Origin: Octopus vulgaris
Taxonomy: Eukaryota
Direction: 5' to 3'
DNA length: 64,000 nucleotides
NCBI GenBank assembly: GCA_951406725.2
Contig: OX597829.1
Location: forward strand, 36,952,001-37,016,000
In this document: one piece after another, positions 23,829 to 39,854 of the stretch
How the letters are laid out: every line of letters starts with the position of its first letter
Position numbering within the stretch: the stretch's first letter is position 1
Notes under the pieces: model-generated
What the model was told of the DNA's origin: nothing
Database searches by the model: none
The model's input: only the letters and a program-made list of their open reading frames with translations
Program-made: the position numbers and the translations under genes

Positions 23829-25880
23829 TAGGACAAAATACAAAAGTGTTGAGAGAAAAATTAGGCATAAGAGGTATTAAATGTAGCAGTAAGAGAGAAG
23901 ACTGCTATGGTTTGGTCATGTGATGCATATAGATGAAGAGAGGTGTATAAGAAGTGCCAATCACTTGAAGTAGATGGAACTTGTAGGGAGGGCTGATCTC
24001 AAGTTGTTGAGCTTCAGGGACAAGCCTACAATGCCTGGTGATATGGTTCTTGGAGAGACCTGTCCACCTCAGTGAAAGTAAGTTTTGGAAGCACTGTGTT
24101 TATTGTCCTCTCCACTATGTTACATTGATTCACATCCCCCCACCATCAATGAACCAAACTACCTCTTATCATGCACTACACCTACTCATCCCCTTATTTC
24201 CTGCAAGCTCCCCACTCATCTATTTCTGTTCACCTCATGCCTTGAGGGGCCACCTTGATACCTTATCCCCACTATCTCTTCACAGCTTGTGCTGATAATT
24301 CGTTCCTTCCTCTTCTAAGTGTGAGTAACCTGTAACTTTTATACAAGAATCTGCTCTGTCCCTCAAACTTTTACCCACCACCATCCCATATCACTATGTT
24401 GACATCTTCTCCCATAAGGTTTGTAGTTTTGTGAGCTGCATGGCAAACTCAATAGTGTCAGTAACGCATAACTCAGTTCGCACTGTAAAGTTGGAGGCAT
24501 TAAGAAGGGCATCCAGCAGTAGAGACCATGCTGAAGTAGCCATTGGAATATGATGCTATCCTTAGACTCACTGGATCCTGTCAAACTGTCCAACTTGTGC
24601 CATCATGGGATATGGAGGTTAAAAGATGATGATATATAAGTATATAAATGTAAAGGCGTGTGAGTTTATGTGTGCATATGTAGAGGTATGGGTATATTAC
24701 CTATACATGTAGATGTATGTATTGGTCTATATATGTGTCTTTATATCAAAACAAAGACATATGAACATGTATATCAAGTTATATGGACTAGTGTATGTGT
24801 AGAAGTAAGCATCTCATATCTCTATATTTCTGACAGACTGTATGGCAATTGAACATAGCATCTTTTCTGTTGATAAGAAACCCTCTACTCTTACTGCTTA
24901 GGTATTCAAATAAATTCTCGATCTTTTTGAAGTACTCAGCATTTTGAACCCATTTAGTTCTGTACAGAGCAAAGGCCACAGCATATCAGTTTCCATGTTT
25001 GGCAATGACAGTCCTTATCAGGTGATTTGACCCATATTTCAGCCAGTTGTCATTCTGATGCGTTTATTAGTGGGAGGTAGATTAATAGAAAATTCCAAGC
25101 AGTATAATGTCAAATCATGGTTATAAATTGAGATGCATGGGAAGTACAATGCCAAGGACTGCAGAGGAGAAAGAAGACTTATAGAGGTTTTCTTGGTTTG
25201 CACGTACCCATGATGCCATTCTGATATAATGTAAAAAGATCACCTTTCACCAAGCACTAAGACTTAATATTTTCTAATCTTGTCCAACATAACATTTTCT
25301 CCTCTTGCCAAGCATGAACACATAACATTTTCTCTTTTCACACACTAACTACTGGAATTTGGCATAACAGCTTCATGTAAAACAACAACTATAACAGTCT
25401 ATAAATAAGCATGGAAACTAAAATCTAAATATTGTAGTTGGGTTTGTTTGGGAGAGTAGAGCCAGATCAAATAATCCAGCTCTCAGTTAACTAATCCTGT
25501 AAATCTATTTCACCGCTGAATTAAGTCTGTAAAAACCCGAATCTACTGAACTGTTATAACATAGCTTAAGGTTACTTTTCTCATTTGCTGTACAATCTTT
25601 GATGATTTGATGATGCAATCTGATTGAGAGGTAATTCCTCGCATAAGGTATTTTTTATTAATGAAACGTAAGTAAGAATGTATTGAATAAACATAACAAT
25701 CTTATATTCATTCTTGTTTTCTATATGTACTGGGCATTAATAATGTCAATGCAGAACTTCCACAAGATATTTAGAAAAACAACCTGATTTTTCTTCATGA
25801 CTATGTCTTTCGAATGAAGTTCTAAACACCGGTTATGTTTATCGTTTATAAAGCACACACTAAACACACACACATACGTG

Positions 25881-25883
<3 letters not shown>

Positions 25884-25921
<38 letters not shown>
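25884..25921. repeat. (GA)n microsatellite
   Basis: Directly visible. Confidence 0.95.
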
Positions 25922-25925
<4 letters not shown>

Positions 25926-26204
25926 AATACAACGAAGTTATTTGTGGACAGAGACATGTTTGGGAAAACAGACCATGCATGCATTTAACTTCGAATACTT
26001 AAATCAATAGTTGAGAAAGTGTCAATGTAACTAATATTGTCAGTGGTTGGAAAGTGATTTATAACTCAGAAAATATAATAGAGTACTAGAGAAACAAAAT
26101 ATTAAACAGTTTGAAAGGTGACAGGCAAAACTGCAATGGTTTGTAATGACGCCCCCCCCCCACAAATTCCTATCAAAACATCAACAATAATTCTTTTGCA
26201 TTTT

Positions 26205-26365
26205 GCCCAGCAATTTTGATAGCATCGACCTCAATATTTCACTAGTGCTTTATTTCACCAACCCCCTAAAAGGATTAAAGGCGGATTTGAACTTAAAATG
26301 TAAAGAGCCGGAAGAAATGCCGCTTAGCATTTTATCCGACGCATTTAAAGATTTTGCCAGCTCGA
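26205..26365 (-). mobile_element. Degenerate SINE fragment (7302-7514 family)
   Basis: ggcggatttgaactt..aaatgccgcttagcatttt..ttttgccagctcg. Confidence 0.65.
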
Positions 26366-26911
26366 CGTCACAATAATAAAAGACGACTGTAACAAATGTA
26401 AAGCAAAACATTTAGTAACTTGACAAATCGTCTAAAATATAAACAAACTAAAGAATTGGCATAATAAGAATCAAGAGATCTGTCAAAGTTAATACGTCTA
26501 TAAGATTTAATCGCACCGAATTTTTAAATTGACGACTACCGCCGTTAACAAAGCCTTTAATAGACAAGTTCGCACGATAAAGAAACAGCTAAAATAATTT
26601 AACACAAGAATATTTAGAGGTTACAAAAGAATAATTAACACGCGAAAGCAGAGATACGTATGTATGGGGGAAAAAAATGCTTCGAAATTTAAAGCACAGC
26701 TTACGTACATATGAGCATTTGAGATACAAAGGATTACAGATAATTTAACATATAAATAAAGAGAATAAATTATATGAATGAGGAAGTTGGTAAAATTTTC
26801 AACAAACCTTAATATCATGTAATTAATAACGCTAACAACAAAGAAGTCAAAGTTAAAAATTCCAATCGATTAAAAAGATAATCAATGAAGAAACCCAAAA
26901 AAGTCTTTCTC

Positions 26912-26928
26912 ATGTGTGTGTGTGCGTT

Positions 26929-26984
<56 letters not shown>

Positions 26985-27125
26985 CACATATATACATACA
27001 CACAAACACGCGCACACATATATATGTATGTATGTATATATATATATATATGTATAAATATATATATATATATATTTATATATGTATGTATGTATATATA
27101 TGTATATATATATACACACACACAC
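26912..27125. repeat. (TA)n/(CA)n compound microsatellite upstream of WDR20
   Basis: Directly visible. Confidence 0.95.
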
Positions 27126-27292
27126 TTGAAACTGTTAGATATTACTAGATTCAGATATAAATTCTGACATACAACAATACGTAACGAAAACTACTTCGAA
27201 CACGTGTATTTGTTTAACTTGGAATCGGAAGCGACACTTAGATTTTGCGCAATGATACGATATCCGGGTACCTGTCATCTTAGCATAGACCA

Positions 27293-27303
27293 AACATGGC
27301 GGC
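27293..27303 (+). promoter_or_regulatory. YY1-like/Kozak motif overlapping the start codon
   Basis: AACATGGCGGC matches AANATGGCGGC; ETS-like CGGAAG near 27226; locally CpG-retaining DNA. Confidence 0.4.
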
Positions 27304-27544
27304 TCAGAGTGAGGGTGGAGGAAAAGATGATATAAAAAGCCAGTTTGGCACTCGGGAAGGAATATATAAACAAATGCATTTGTCTGAATATTCGAGACCA
27401 ACGAGGGCAGCATACAATGGACAAGCAAATGCGCCCGTTAAAGTCTCCTTCATCAATGTTAACGATGCTTCTGGGTATCCTGATCGAATATGTTTCAATG
27501 TTGGAAGGGAGCTTTACTTCTATATTTACAAGGGTGTAAGGAAG
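27296..27544 (+). CDS. WDR20: First coding exon (83 codons, phase-0 donor) of a WD repeat protein 20 / DMWD family gene (USP12/46 activator)
   Basis: EGGGKDDIKSQFGTREGIYK..SEYSRP..PVKVSFINVND..DRICFNVGRELYFYIYKGVRK closely matches the WDR20 N-terminus; ends AAG|GTAAGT. Confidence 0.93.
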
Positions 27545-28086
27545 GTAAGTGTCCCAAACATTAGCATTCTCTTTTTTTTTTCGCACTACTAACTAAACTG
27601 TTTTTTTTTTCCATTTGAAATTTTTTTCTTAAACATATGGAGGTCCCGTTATATATTTGTGTGTCTGGCTGCCAGCCTGTCCCTCCTCCATTTCTGTGTG
27701 TTCTTTCTGGATCCATGAACGGTAGACAGTCATCGTATTATTACACCCTCCATTCATCATCTTAATGTGTGGATACATGTGTGCAAGTATATGTGTGTGT
27801 GTAATGATTGTATGTGTGCATGTGTACGAAGAAAATATATGTATATATGTGTATGTCAGTATAACAGTGTATATGGATGTTCATTTATATGGATATGTAT
27901 ATATAGGTATTTCTATGTATAACATATATGTATATGGAGAAATACGATATAGCTTTGTATGTGTTTAGTGCATATGTATATGCATAACATTTACGTATAT
28001 GTGCAAAATATATGCACATATAGAACGTTGTAAATATATATAGATAAGTATGTATATGTCTGTATATGAATACATGTGTGTGTGTG

Positions 28087-28120
<34 letters not shown>

Positions 28121-28869
28121 CACGTATATAATGCATCTAAATATATCAATGCATATATTTATATAAATATATGTATATATATATATGTACCTATAAATAT
28201 GTATGTATGAACCTATATGTGTATGCATGTACCTATATATGTATGTGCCTATGTATGTATGTAACTATATATATGTATGTAACTATATATATATGTATGT
28301 GCCTATATATGTATGTAACTATATATATATGTATGTATGTACCTATATTTATGTATGTATGTACTAATATATATGTATGTACCTATATATATGTATATAT
28401 ATGTATGTACCTATATATATGTATGTACCTATATATATGTATGTACCTATATATATGTATGTACCTATATATATGTATGTACCTATATATATGTATGTAC
28501 CTATATATATGTGTATACCTATATATATGTGTATACCTATATATATGTATATATATATATATGTATGTACCTATATATATGTATATATATATATATGTAT
28601 GTACCTATATATATGTATGTACCTATATATATGTATGTACCTATATGTATGTACCTATATATATGTATGTACCTATATATATGTTTGTACCTATATATAT
28701 GTTTGTACCTATATATATGTATGTACCTATATATATGTGTATATATATATATATGTATGTACCTATATATATATGTGTATATATATATATGTATGTACCT
28801 ACATTTATGTATATATATATATCCCTATATATATGTATATATATATTTATATATATATGTATATATATA

Positions 28870-28985
<116 letters not shown>

Positions 28986-29195
28986 CCTATATGTACGTAT
29001 GTACCTATATATATGTATATGTATATATATATATATGTATATGTATATATATATATATGTATATGTATATATATATATACCTATATGTACGTATGTACCT
29101 ATATATATGCATGTACCTATATATATATGTTTGTACCTATATATATGTATGTACCTATATATATATGTTTGTACCTATATATATGTATGTACCTA

Positions 29196-29230
<35 letters not shown>

Positions 29231-29247
29231 GTATGTACCTATATATG

Positions 29248-29340
<93 letters not shown>

Positions 29341-29716
29341 CTATATATGTATATATATATATATATAGTATGTACCTATATATGTATATATATATAGGTA
29401 TGTACCTATATGTATATATATATATAGGTATATACCTATATGTATATATATATATATAGGTATGTACCTATATGTATATATATATATAGGTATGTACCTA
29501 TATGTATATATATATATATAGGTATGTACCTATATGTATATATATATATAGGTATATACCTATATGTATATATATATATATATAGGTATGTACCTATATG
29601 TATATATATATATAGGTATGTACCTATATGTATATATATATAGGTATGTACCTATATGTATATATATATATAGGTATGTACCTATATATATGTATATATA
29701 TATATATAGGTATGTA

Positions 29717-29795
<79 letters not shown>

Positions 29796-31772
29796 CTATA
29801 TATATGTATATATATATATGTATCTATATATATGTATATATATAGGTATGTACCTATATATATGTATATATATAGGTATGTACCTATATATATGTATATA
29901 TATAGGTATGTATCTATATATATGTATATATATATGTATGTACCTATATATATGTATATATATAGGTATGTACCTATATATAAATGTATATATATAGGTA
30001 TGTACCTATATATATGTATATATATAGGTATGTACCTATATATATGTATATATATAGGTATGTACCTATATATAAATGTATATATATAGGTATGTACCTA
30101 TATATATGTATATATATAGGTATGTACCTATATATATGTATATATATAGGTATGTACCTATATATATGTATATATATAGGTATGTACCTATATATATGTA
30201 TATATATAGGTATGTACCTATATATATATAGGTACATACATATATATGTATATATATATAGGTATGTACCTATATATATGTATATATATATAGGTATGTA
30301 CCTATATATATGTATATATATAGGTATGTACCTATATATATGTATATATATAGGTATGTACCTATATATATGTATATATATAGGTATGTACCTATATATA
30401 TGTATATATATAGGTATGTACCAATATATATGTATATATATAGGTATGTACCAATATATATGTATATATATAGGTATGTACCTATATATATGTATATATA
30501 TAGGTATGTACCTATATATGTATATATATATAGGTATGTACCTATATATATGTGTATATATATAGGTATGTACCTATATATATGTATATATATATATAGG
30601 TATGTACCTATATATATGTATATATATATAGGTACGTACCTCTATATATGTATACATATATAGGTATGTACCTCTATATATGTATACATATATAGGTATG
30701 TATGTACCTATATATATATAGGTATGTACCTATATATATGTATATATATATATATAGGTATGTACCTATATATATGTATATATATATATAGGTATGTACC
30801 TATATATATGTATATATATATATATGTATGTACCTATATATATGTATATATATATATATATGTACCTATATATATGTATATATATATATATAGGTATGTA
30901 CCTATATATATGTATATATATATAGGTATGTACCTATATATATGTATATATATGTATATATATAGGTATGTACCTATATATATGTATATATATATATATA
31001 TAGGTAGGTACCTATATATATGTATATATATATATATAGGTATGTACCTATATATATGTATATATATATATATAGGTATGTACCTATATGTATATATATA
31101 GGTATGTACCTATATGTATATATTTATGTATGTACCTATATGTATATATTTAGGTATGTACCTATATGTATATATATAGGTATGTACCTATATGTATATA
31201 TATAGGTATGTACCTATATGTATATATATAGGTATGTACCTATATGTATATATATAGGTATGTACCTATATATATGTATGTATATATATATATATATATA
31301 TATATAGGTTTGTACCTATATGTATGTATATATATATAGGTTTGTACCCGTATGTATATATATATAGGTTTGTACCTATATATATGTATATATATATATG
31401 CATATATATAGGTATGTACCTATATATATATATATATATATATAGGTAGGTACTTATATATAGGTATGTACCTATAGGTATGTATATATATATAGGTAGG
31501 TACTTATATATAGGTATGTACCTATAGGTATGTATATATATATATAGGTAGGTACTTATATATAGGTATGTACCTATAGGTATGTATATATATATAGGTA
31601 GGTACTTATATATAGGTATGTATATATATATAGGTAGGTACTTATATATAGGTATGTACCTATATGTATATATATATAGGTAGGTACATATATATAGGTA
31701 TGTACCTATAGGTATGTACATATATATAGGTATGTACCTATATATATATGTATATATATATAGGTATGTACC

Positions 31773-31856
<84 letters not shown>

Positions 31857-32780
31857 GGTATATACATATAGGTATGTACCTATATATACAATGTATATAT
31901 ATATAGGTATGTACCTATATATATAATGTATATATATATAGGTATGTACCTATATATATAATGTATATATATATAGGTATGTACCTATATATATAATGTA
32001 TATATATATAGGTATGTACCTATATATATATAATGTATATATATATAGGTATGTACCTATATATATAATGTATATATATATAGGTATGTACCTATATATA
32101 TAATGTATATATATATAGGTATGTACCTATATATATAATGTATATATATATAGGTATGTACCTATATATATAATGTATATATATATAGGTATGTACCTAT
32201 ATATATAATGTATATATATATAGGTATGTACCTATATATATAATGTATATATATATAGGTATGTACCTATATATATATAATGTATATATATATAGGTATG
32301 TACCTATATATATATAATGTATATATATATAGGTATGTACCTATATATATATAATGTATATATATATAGGTATGTACCTATATATATATAATGTATATAT
32401 ATATAGGTATGTACCTATATATATATAATGTGTATATATATATAGGTATGTACCTATATATATATAATGTATATATATATATAGGTATGTACCTATATAT
32501 ATATAATGTATATATATATATAGGTATGTACCTATATATATATAATGTATATATATATAGGTATGTACCTATATATATATAATGTATATATATATATAGG
32601 TATGTACCTATATATATAATGTATATAGGTATGTACCTATATATGTATATGTATATAGGTATGTACATATGTATATATATAAATAGGTATGTACCTATAT
32701 ATGTATAATGTATATATATATAGGTATGTATATATAGGTATGTATATATATAGGTATGTACCTATATATATATATGTATA

Positions 32781-33338
32781 TTCCCCACTGGTTGCTCCCC
32801 TATATTACCCACCTCAACTGGACCCCCCTCCCCAACTCAACTCTAGAATATCTGTATTCTTTCCTCTACCTAATAACGTTACTCAGTGACGATAACGAAT
32901 GTCTTTATTTCTTAGGAACCTACACCAACCCTTCCTTACTCAGTGACGATAAATGCTGTGACTACAAAGACCTGGGCTGCTTTCTGCAGCAATTCCACAT
33001 ACCCCCTACTCATTCTAAGTACCCCAGATCCCCAAAGTACCCTGGATCCCCAAAGTACCCCGGACCTCGTTGCCCCCGTGCCGCTGACACGTTAAAATGC
33101 TCGAACCGATCGTGACGATGCCGGACCCTCCGGCCCCTGTGCAGGTGGCACGTAAAAAGCACCCAATCCACTCACGGAGTGGTTGGCGTTAGGAAGGGCA
33201 TCCAGCCGTAGAAACTCTGCCAGATTCAGACTGGAGCCTGGTGCGGCCCCTGGCTTCCCAGACCCGGTCAAACCGTCCAACCCGTGCTAGCGCGGAAAGC
33301 GGACGTTAAACGATGATGATGATGATGATGATGATGAT
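32781..33338 (+). mobile_element. 5'-truncated copy of a non-coding composite element with RTE-type tail
   Basis: Near-identical reverse complement of 61359-62037, lacking most of one 184-bp unit; (GAT)n tail. Confidence 0.88.
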
Positions 33339-33385
33339 ATAGGTATGTACCTATATATATATATATATAGGCATTTACCTAAATA

Positions 33386-33425
<40 letters not shown>

Positions 33426-35261
33426 CATGTACCTATATATATATACATATATATAGGTACATGCCTATATATATATACATATATATATATAGGTGCATAC
33501 CTGTATATATATACATATATATATATAGGTACACACCTATTTATATATACATATATATATATAGGTACATACCTATTTATATATACATATATATATATAG
33601 GTACATACCTATTTATATATACATATATATATAGGTACGTACCTATATATATATATAGGTACATACCTATATACATAAACATTATATATATAGGTACCTA
33701 TATATGTACCTATATATGTGTATATATATATACAGGCATGTAGCTATATATATATGTATATATATATACAGGCATGTACCTATATATATATGTATATATA
33801 TATACATAGGCATGTACCTATATGTATATATATATATATAGGCATGTACCTATATGTATATATATAGGCATGTACCTATATGTATATATATAGGCATGTA
33901 CCTATATGTATATATATAGGCATGTACCTATATGTATATATATAGGCATGTACCTATATGTATATATATAGGCATGTACCTATATGTATATATATAGGCA
34001 TGTACCTATATGTATATATATAGGCATGTACCTATATGTATATATATAGGCATGTACCTATATGTATATATATAGGCATGTACCTATATGTATATATATA
34101 GGCATGTACCTATATGTATATATATAGGCATGTACCTATATGTATATATATATATAGGCATGTACCTATATGTATATATATATAGGCATGTACCTATATG
34201 TATATATATATAGGCATGTACCTATATGTATATATAGATATAGGCATGTACCTATATGTATATATAGATATAGGCATGCTATCTATATGTATATATAGAT
34301 ATAGGCATGTACCTATATGTATATATAGATATAGGCATGTACCTATATGTATATATAGATATAGGCATGTACCTATATGTATATATATATATAGGCATGT
34401 ACCTATATGTATATATATATATAGGCATATACCTATATGTATATATATATATATAGGCATGTACGTATATGTGTATATATATATATATAGGCATGTACGT
34501 ATATGTATATATATATATATATACATAGGCATGTACGTATATGTATATATATACATAGGCATGTACCTATATATATATGTGTGTATATGTAGGCATGTAC
34601 CTATATATGTGTGTATATGTAGGCATGTACCTATATATGTGTGTATATGTAGGCATGTACCTATATATGTGTGTATATGTAGGCATGTACCTATATATGT
34701 GTGTATATGTAGGCATGTACCTATATATGTGTGTATATGTAGGCATGTACCTATATATATGTGTATATGTAGGCATGTACCTATATATATGTGTATATAT
34801 AGGCATGTACCTATATATATGTGTATATATAGGCATGTACCTATATATATAGGTATGCACGTATACATATAGGTATGCACCTATACATATAGGTATGCAC
34901 CTATATATATAGGTATGCACCTATATATATAGGTATGCACCTATATATTTAGGTATGCACCTATATATATAGGTACGCACCTATATATATATAGGTACGT
35001 ACATATATATATAGGTACATATATGTATATATATACATATATATAGGTACATACCTATATGTATATATGCATATAGGGATGTACCTATATATAGGTATGT
35101 ACCTATATATATATATAGGTATGTACCTATTTATACGTGTATATATATATATAGGTATGTACCTATATATATGTGTATATATATATATAGGTATGTACCT
35201 ATATATATGTGTATATATATATATAGGTATGTTCCTATATATATGTGTATATATATAGGTA

Positions 35262-35583
35262 TCTCTCTATATACAAACGGCAGTTTGTCTGTGTGTGTGT
35301 CTGTGTGTCTGTCAGGTTGTACCCTCACCCTGACCATGGCTTTCAACCGATTCTGATGAAACTCGACACACACATAGCCCAATGTGATAATTCAAAACTA
35401 ACGCCGCGAAAATTTTGAAAAGTTCCCCAAGTTCTGAAAAAAATCCATAAATTCGACATGGGGTCGAGAATCAGAAACACAAACCACTGACTGTCTAGGG
35501 GATGCAACTCGACCTTTTTAACTCTCAAATGCTTTATAGTTATTTCCCTTACAAACCCGAGCAACGCCGGGTGATACTGCTAG
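35262..35583 (+). mobile_element. Non-autonomous Helitron
   Basis: 5' TC, 3' CTAG, subterminal hairpin CCCGagcaacgcCGGG, inserted at A|T without TSD, GT-rich microsatellite near the 5' end; second copy at 59681-60064. Confidence 0.88.
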
Positions 35584-35694
35584 TGTACCTATATATATGT
35601 GTATATATATATAGGTATGTACCTATATATGTGTATATATATATATATAGGTATGTACCTATATACGTGTCTATATATATAGGTGTGTACCTAT

Positions 35695-35730
<36 letters not shown>

Positions 35731-36515
35731 GTATGTACCTATATATATATTTATATATAGTTATGTACCTATATATAGGTATGTACCTATATATATGTGT
35801 GTATATATATATATATAGGTATGTACCTATATATATGTGTGTATATATATATATATGTATGTACCTATATATATGTGTGTATATATATATATAGGTATGT
35901 ACCTATATATATGTGTGTGTATATATATATATAGGTATGTACCTATATATATAGGTATGTACCTATATATGTATGTATATATATATAGGTATGTACCTAT
36001 ATATGTGTGTATATATATATATATAGGTATGTACCTATATATGTGTGTATATATATATATATAGGTATGTACCTATATATGTGTGTATATATATATATAG
36101 GTATGTACCTATATATGTGTGTATATATATATATAGGTATGTACCTATATATGTGTGTATATATATATATATAGGTATGTACCTATATATGTGTGTATAT
36201 ATATATATATAGGTATGTACCTATATATGTGTGTATATAAATATATAGGTATGTACCTATATATGTCTGTATATATATATATAGGTATGTACCTATATAT
36301 GTGTGTATATATATATATATAGGTATGTACCTATATATGTGTGTATATATATATATATAGGTATGTACCTATATATGTGTGTATATAAATATATAGGTAT
36401 GTACCTATATATGTCTGTATATATATATATAGGTATGTACCTATATATGTGTGTATATATATATATAGGTATGTACCTATATATGTGTGTATATATATAT
36501 ATAGGTATGTACCTA

Positions 36516-36557
<42 letters not shown>

Positions 36558-36992
36558 TATGTACCTATATATATAGGTATGTACCTATATATGTGTGTAT
36601 ATATATATATATAGGTATGTACCTATATATGTGTATATATATGTATGTACCTATATATATGTGTATATATATGTATGTACCTATATATATGTGTATATAG
36701 GTATGTACCTATATATGTGTATATATACGTATGTACCTATATATATGTGTATATATATGTATGTACCTATATATATGTGTATATATATGTATGTACCTAT
36801 ATATATGTGTATATATATGTATGTACCTATATATATGTGTATATATCTGTATGTACCTATATATATGTGTATATATCTGTATCTACCTATATATTTGTAT
36901 ATATATCTGTATGTACCTATATATATGTATGTGCCTATATATATGTATATATATATGTATGTACCTATGTATATATATGTATGTACCTATGT

Positions 36993-37292
36993 ATAACGAC
37001 AATACGGCACAACTATTTCACCTCAATTGGACCCGCTCTCTTCAACATTACACCAGGACACGTCAAAAAGGAAACTGACCACACAAAATTCAAGAAGTCT
37101 TTGGACAAATTCCTTCAAACAGTACCGGACAAACCATCCACACCCGGATATGTCTCCGCAAACAATAACTCTCTGCTCGAATGGGCCTTGGTGCCCAAAT
37201 CCTGAACTGAAAGACTTCGCCAGGTGGTGCTATTAAGTTAGACATGGCCTGGGCCAATACTGGCCAAAAACCTTTCTAAGTTATTCTAAGTT
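36993..37292 (+). mobile_element. 3' end of a CR1-type LINE
   Basis: GPALFNI..KFKKSLDKFLQTVPDKP..NNSLL; tandem TTCTAAGTTA tail. Confidence 0.75.
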
Positions 37293-37930
37293 ATGTATAT
37301 ATATATATATATATATGTATGTACCAATATATATGTATGTACCTATATGTATATATATATGTATGTACCTATATATATGTATGTACTTATATATATATTT
37401 GTACATATATGTATGTACCTGTATATATACGTGTATATATATGTATGTACGTGTATATATATGTATATATATGTATGTATGTACGTGTATATATATGTAT
37501 ATATATATGTATGTACGTGTATATATATGTATATATATATATGTTTGTATATATATATCACGAGATAACAATCACGAGACCGACCAGACCATCAGATGTT
37601 GTTACACACCACTGGTCACAATGCGTTCGCATTTTATCAGTCTTCAAATGACGCCACCCCGCTGGCTAAGCGAGCAGCCATCTATATATATATATATGTA
37701 TATATATATATAAATATATATGTATGTATGTATATATATGTAAACATATATATATATGTATATATATTTATGTAAATATATATATATGTATATATATATT
37801 TATGTAATTATATATATGTATATATATATGTAAATATCAATATATATGTGTATATATATATATATGTAAATATATGTATATATATATGTATATATATATG
37901 TAAATATGTATATATATATATGTATCTATG

Positions 37931-37989
<59 letters not shown>

Positions 37990-38580
37990 GTATGTATGTA
38001 TATATATGTGTATTTGTATGTATATATATATATATTTATGTATGTATATATATGTATATATGTATGTATGTATATATATATGTATTTATGTATGTATATA
38101 TATATGTATCTATGTATATATGTATATATGTACGTATATATATGTGTATATATATATATGTGTATATATATATGTATGTATATATGTATATATGTATATA
38201 TGTACGTATATATATGTATATATATGTATATATATGTATATATATATACAAGAACCCCTATCTCAATTTGTATGTATATATATATACATATATATATGTA
38301 TGCATATATATGTATGTATATGTATTTATATATGTATGTATATGTATTTATATATGTATGTATGTATATGTATTTATATATGTATGTATATATATGTATT
38401 TATATATGTATGTATATATATGTATTTATATATGTATGTATATATATGTATTTATATATATGTATTTATATATGTATGTATATATATATGTATTTATATA
38501 TATGTATTTATATATGTATATATATGTATGTATATAAATATGTATATATATGTATGTATATATATGTATCCATATATATG
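37293..38580. repeat. TA/TATG microsatellite with a short non-TA repeat fragment at ~37559-37680
   Basis: Directly visible. Confidence 0.9.
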
Positions 38581-39180
38581 TGCTGAGGACAACAACATGC
38601 AGTTTAATGCGGGTAAATTCCAGGCCCTGCGCTACTGGCACACAAAGGTAAACAACGTGCAGACTGGTTACACTGGCCCAGGAAGAATTGCAATCCCTGA
38701 GTGAAAATCAGTGCGTGACCTGGGCTTTGACATGAGCAATGATGCATCATTCCAAGTGCATATTGCTAATATGGCGATAAAATGCAGACGGCTAGCTGGA
38801 TGGATTCTCCGAACTTTCAGAAGAAGAGAGAAGGAGCCACTGATGGTCCTATGGAAAACATTGGTCTTCAGCCGCTTGGACTACTGCTCCCAACTGTGGT
38901 CACCACACAATATAAAACTAACAGCAGAACTCGAAGCAATTCAGAGAAGCTACACAAAGAAAATTGTCTCATTGCAAAATATCAGCTACTGGGAAAGACT
39001 GAAGGTATTAAACCTCTTCTCCCTAGAGCAGAGGCGGGAGAGATATGCGGTGATATACATCTGGAAAATCCTGGAGGGTCTTGTCCCAAACTTTGGCATT
39101 CAAAGTTGCCCCAACTGTAGAACGGGGTGCCACTGCATGGTGCCAAGGATTCCAACATCACCATCAAAATACAGGTCCAG
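38580..39180 (+). mobile_element. CR1-type LINE RT C-terminal fragment
   Basis: [45 protein letters not shown]. Confidence 0.88.
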
Positions 39181-39854
39181 ATTTGTAAACACTGAAAGTA
39201 GGAGCATACCCTTTTGGCGACTTTTCACCTCCGAAGATCCGTTCAGACTAACAGTGCCAACAAATTCAAAATATGCAAGCGAAGAATTTCTGCCCTCCCC
39301 TTTCCACCCACGTGGGCTAACCTAGCAAACACCATAATTTTATCGGTGAAAACCGAAGCATTAAACAGAGAGAAATGAATTATAATTTCAACAATTGAGG
39401 GTAAAATTAATTAATCATCAATCAATTTAGTCTGAACGGATCTTCGGAGGTGAAAAGTCGCCAAAAGGGTATGCTCCTACTTTCAGTGTTTACAAATCCG
39501 AATTAAGGAATTTTGAGCTGACGAAAGAAATGTCGAATTGTATTTGGCTGATCTAGAAACGTACGTTCTCAAATAACCTTTGCACTTGTGATTTTTTAAT
39601 GTTTTTACCCCCATACCTTCGTGGGCTATTTTGAGTAAGCACTATCTGAGAGAAATTTTCTTTAAGTATTAGAATTTGGCTGAAAAAATTTTTTTGACTG
39701 CTATTTCTAATGAGTTCAGTATGTGGCAAAGTAATTTATTTTACTAAGCCCTTTATAAAATGTAAAATTTTGAATTCGCCTTAAATGGTCCCTTTACATA
39801 CTGAATACTTGGTGAAATTGATTGATGATTAATTAATTTTACCCTCAATTGTTG

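Larger units (their letters stand above)
22690..24633 (+). mobile_element. Old RTE 3' fragment (divergent subfamily) interrupted by a mariner
   Basis: RIRTGWGKFRELLPLL, WMCNISV|..LREKLGIRG, WFGHVM; tail ggcattaagaagggcatccagc..gatgatgat. Confidence 0.75.

Noticed and set aside
24788-25020. Minus-strand ORF as a possible host exon or integrase relic (GN*YAVAF..TKW)
   Set aside because: In-frame stop, no clear splice context, similarity too weak to call
27545-27592. ORF continuation VSVPNISILFFFSHY
   Set aside because: Read-through past the GTAAGT donor; WDR20 similarity stops at GVRK
33092-33280. Identical 62-aa ORF here and at 61411-61599
   Set aside because: Antisense reading of the RTE-type tail; identity reflects recent copying, not coding constraint
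29230-36600. Palindromic repeats resembling a CRISPR array
   Set aside because: The spacers are TA runs rather than unique sequence; eukaryotic context; no cas genes
36993-39180. Two + strand CR1 fragments in reversed order suggesting a rearrangement
   Set aside because: No shared sequence links them; independent truncated insertions are the simpler explanation
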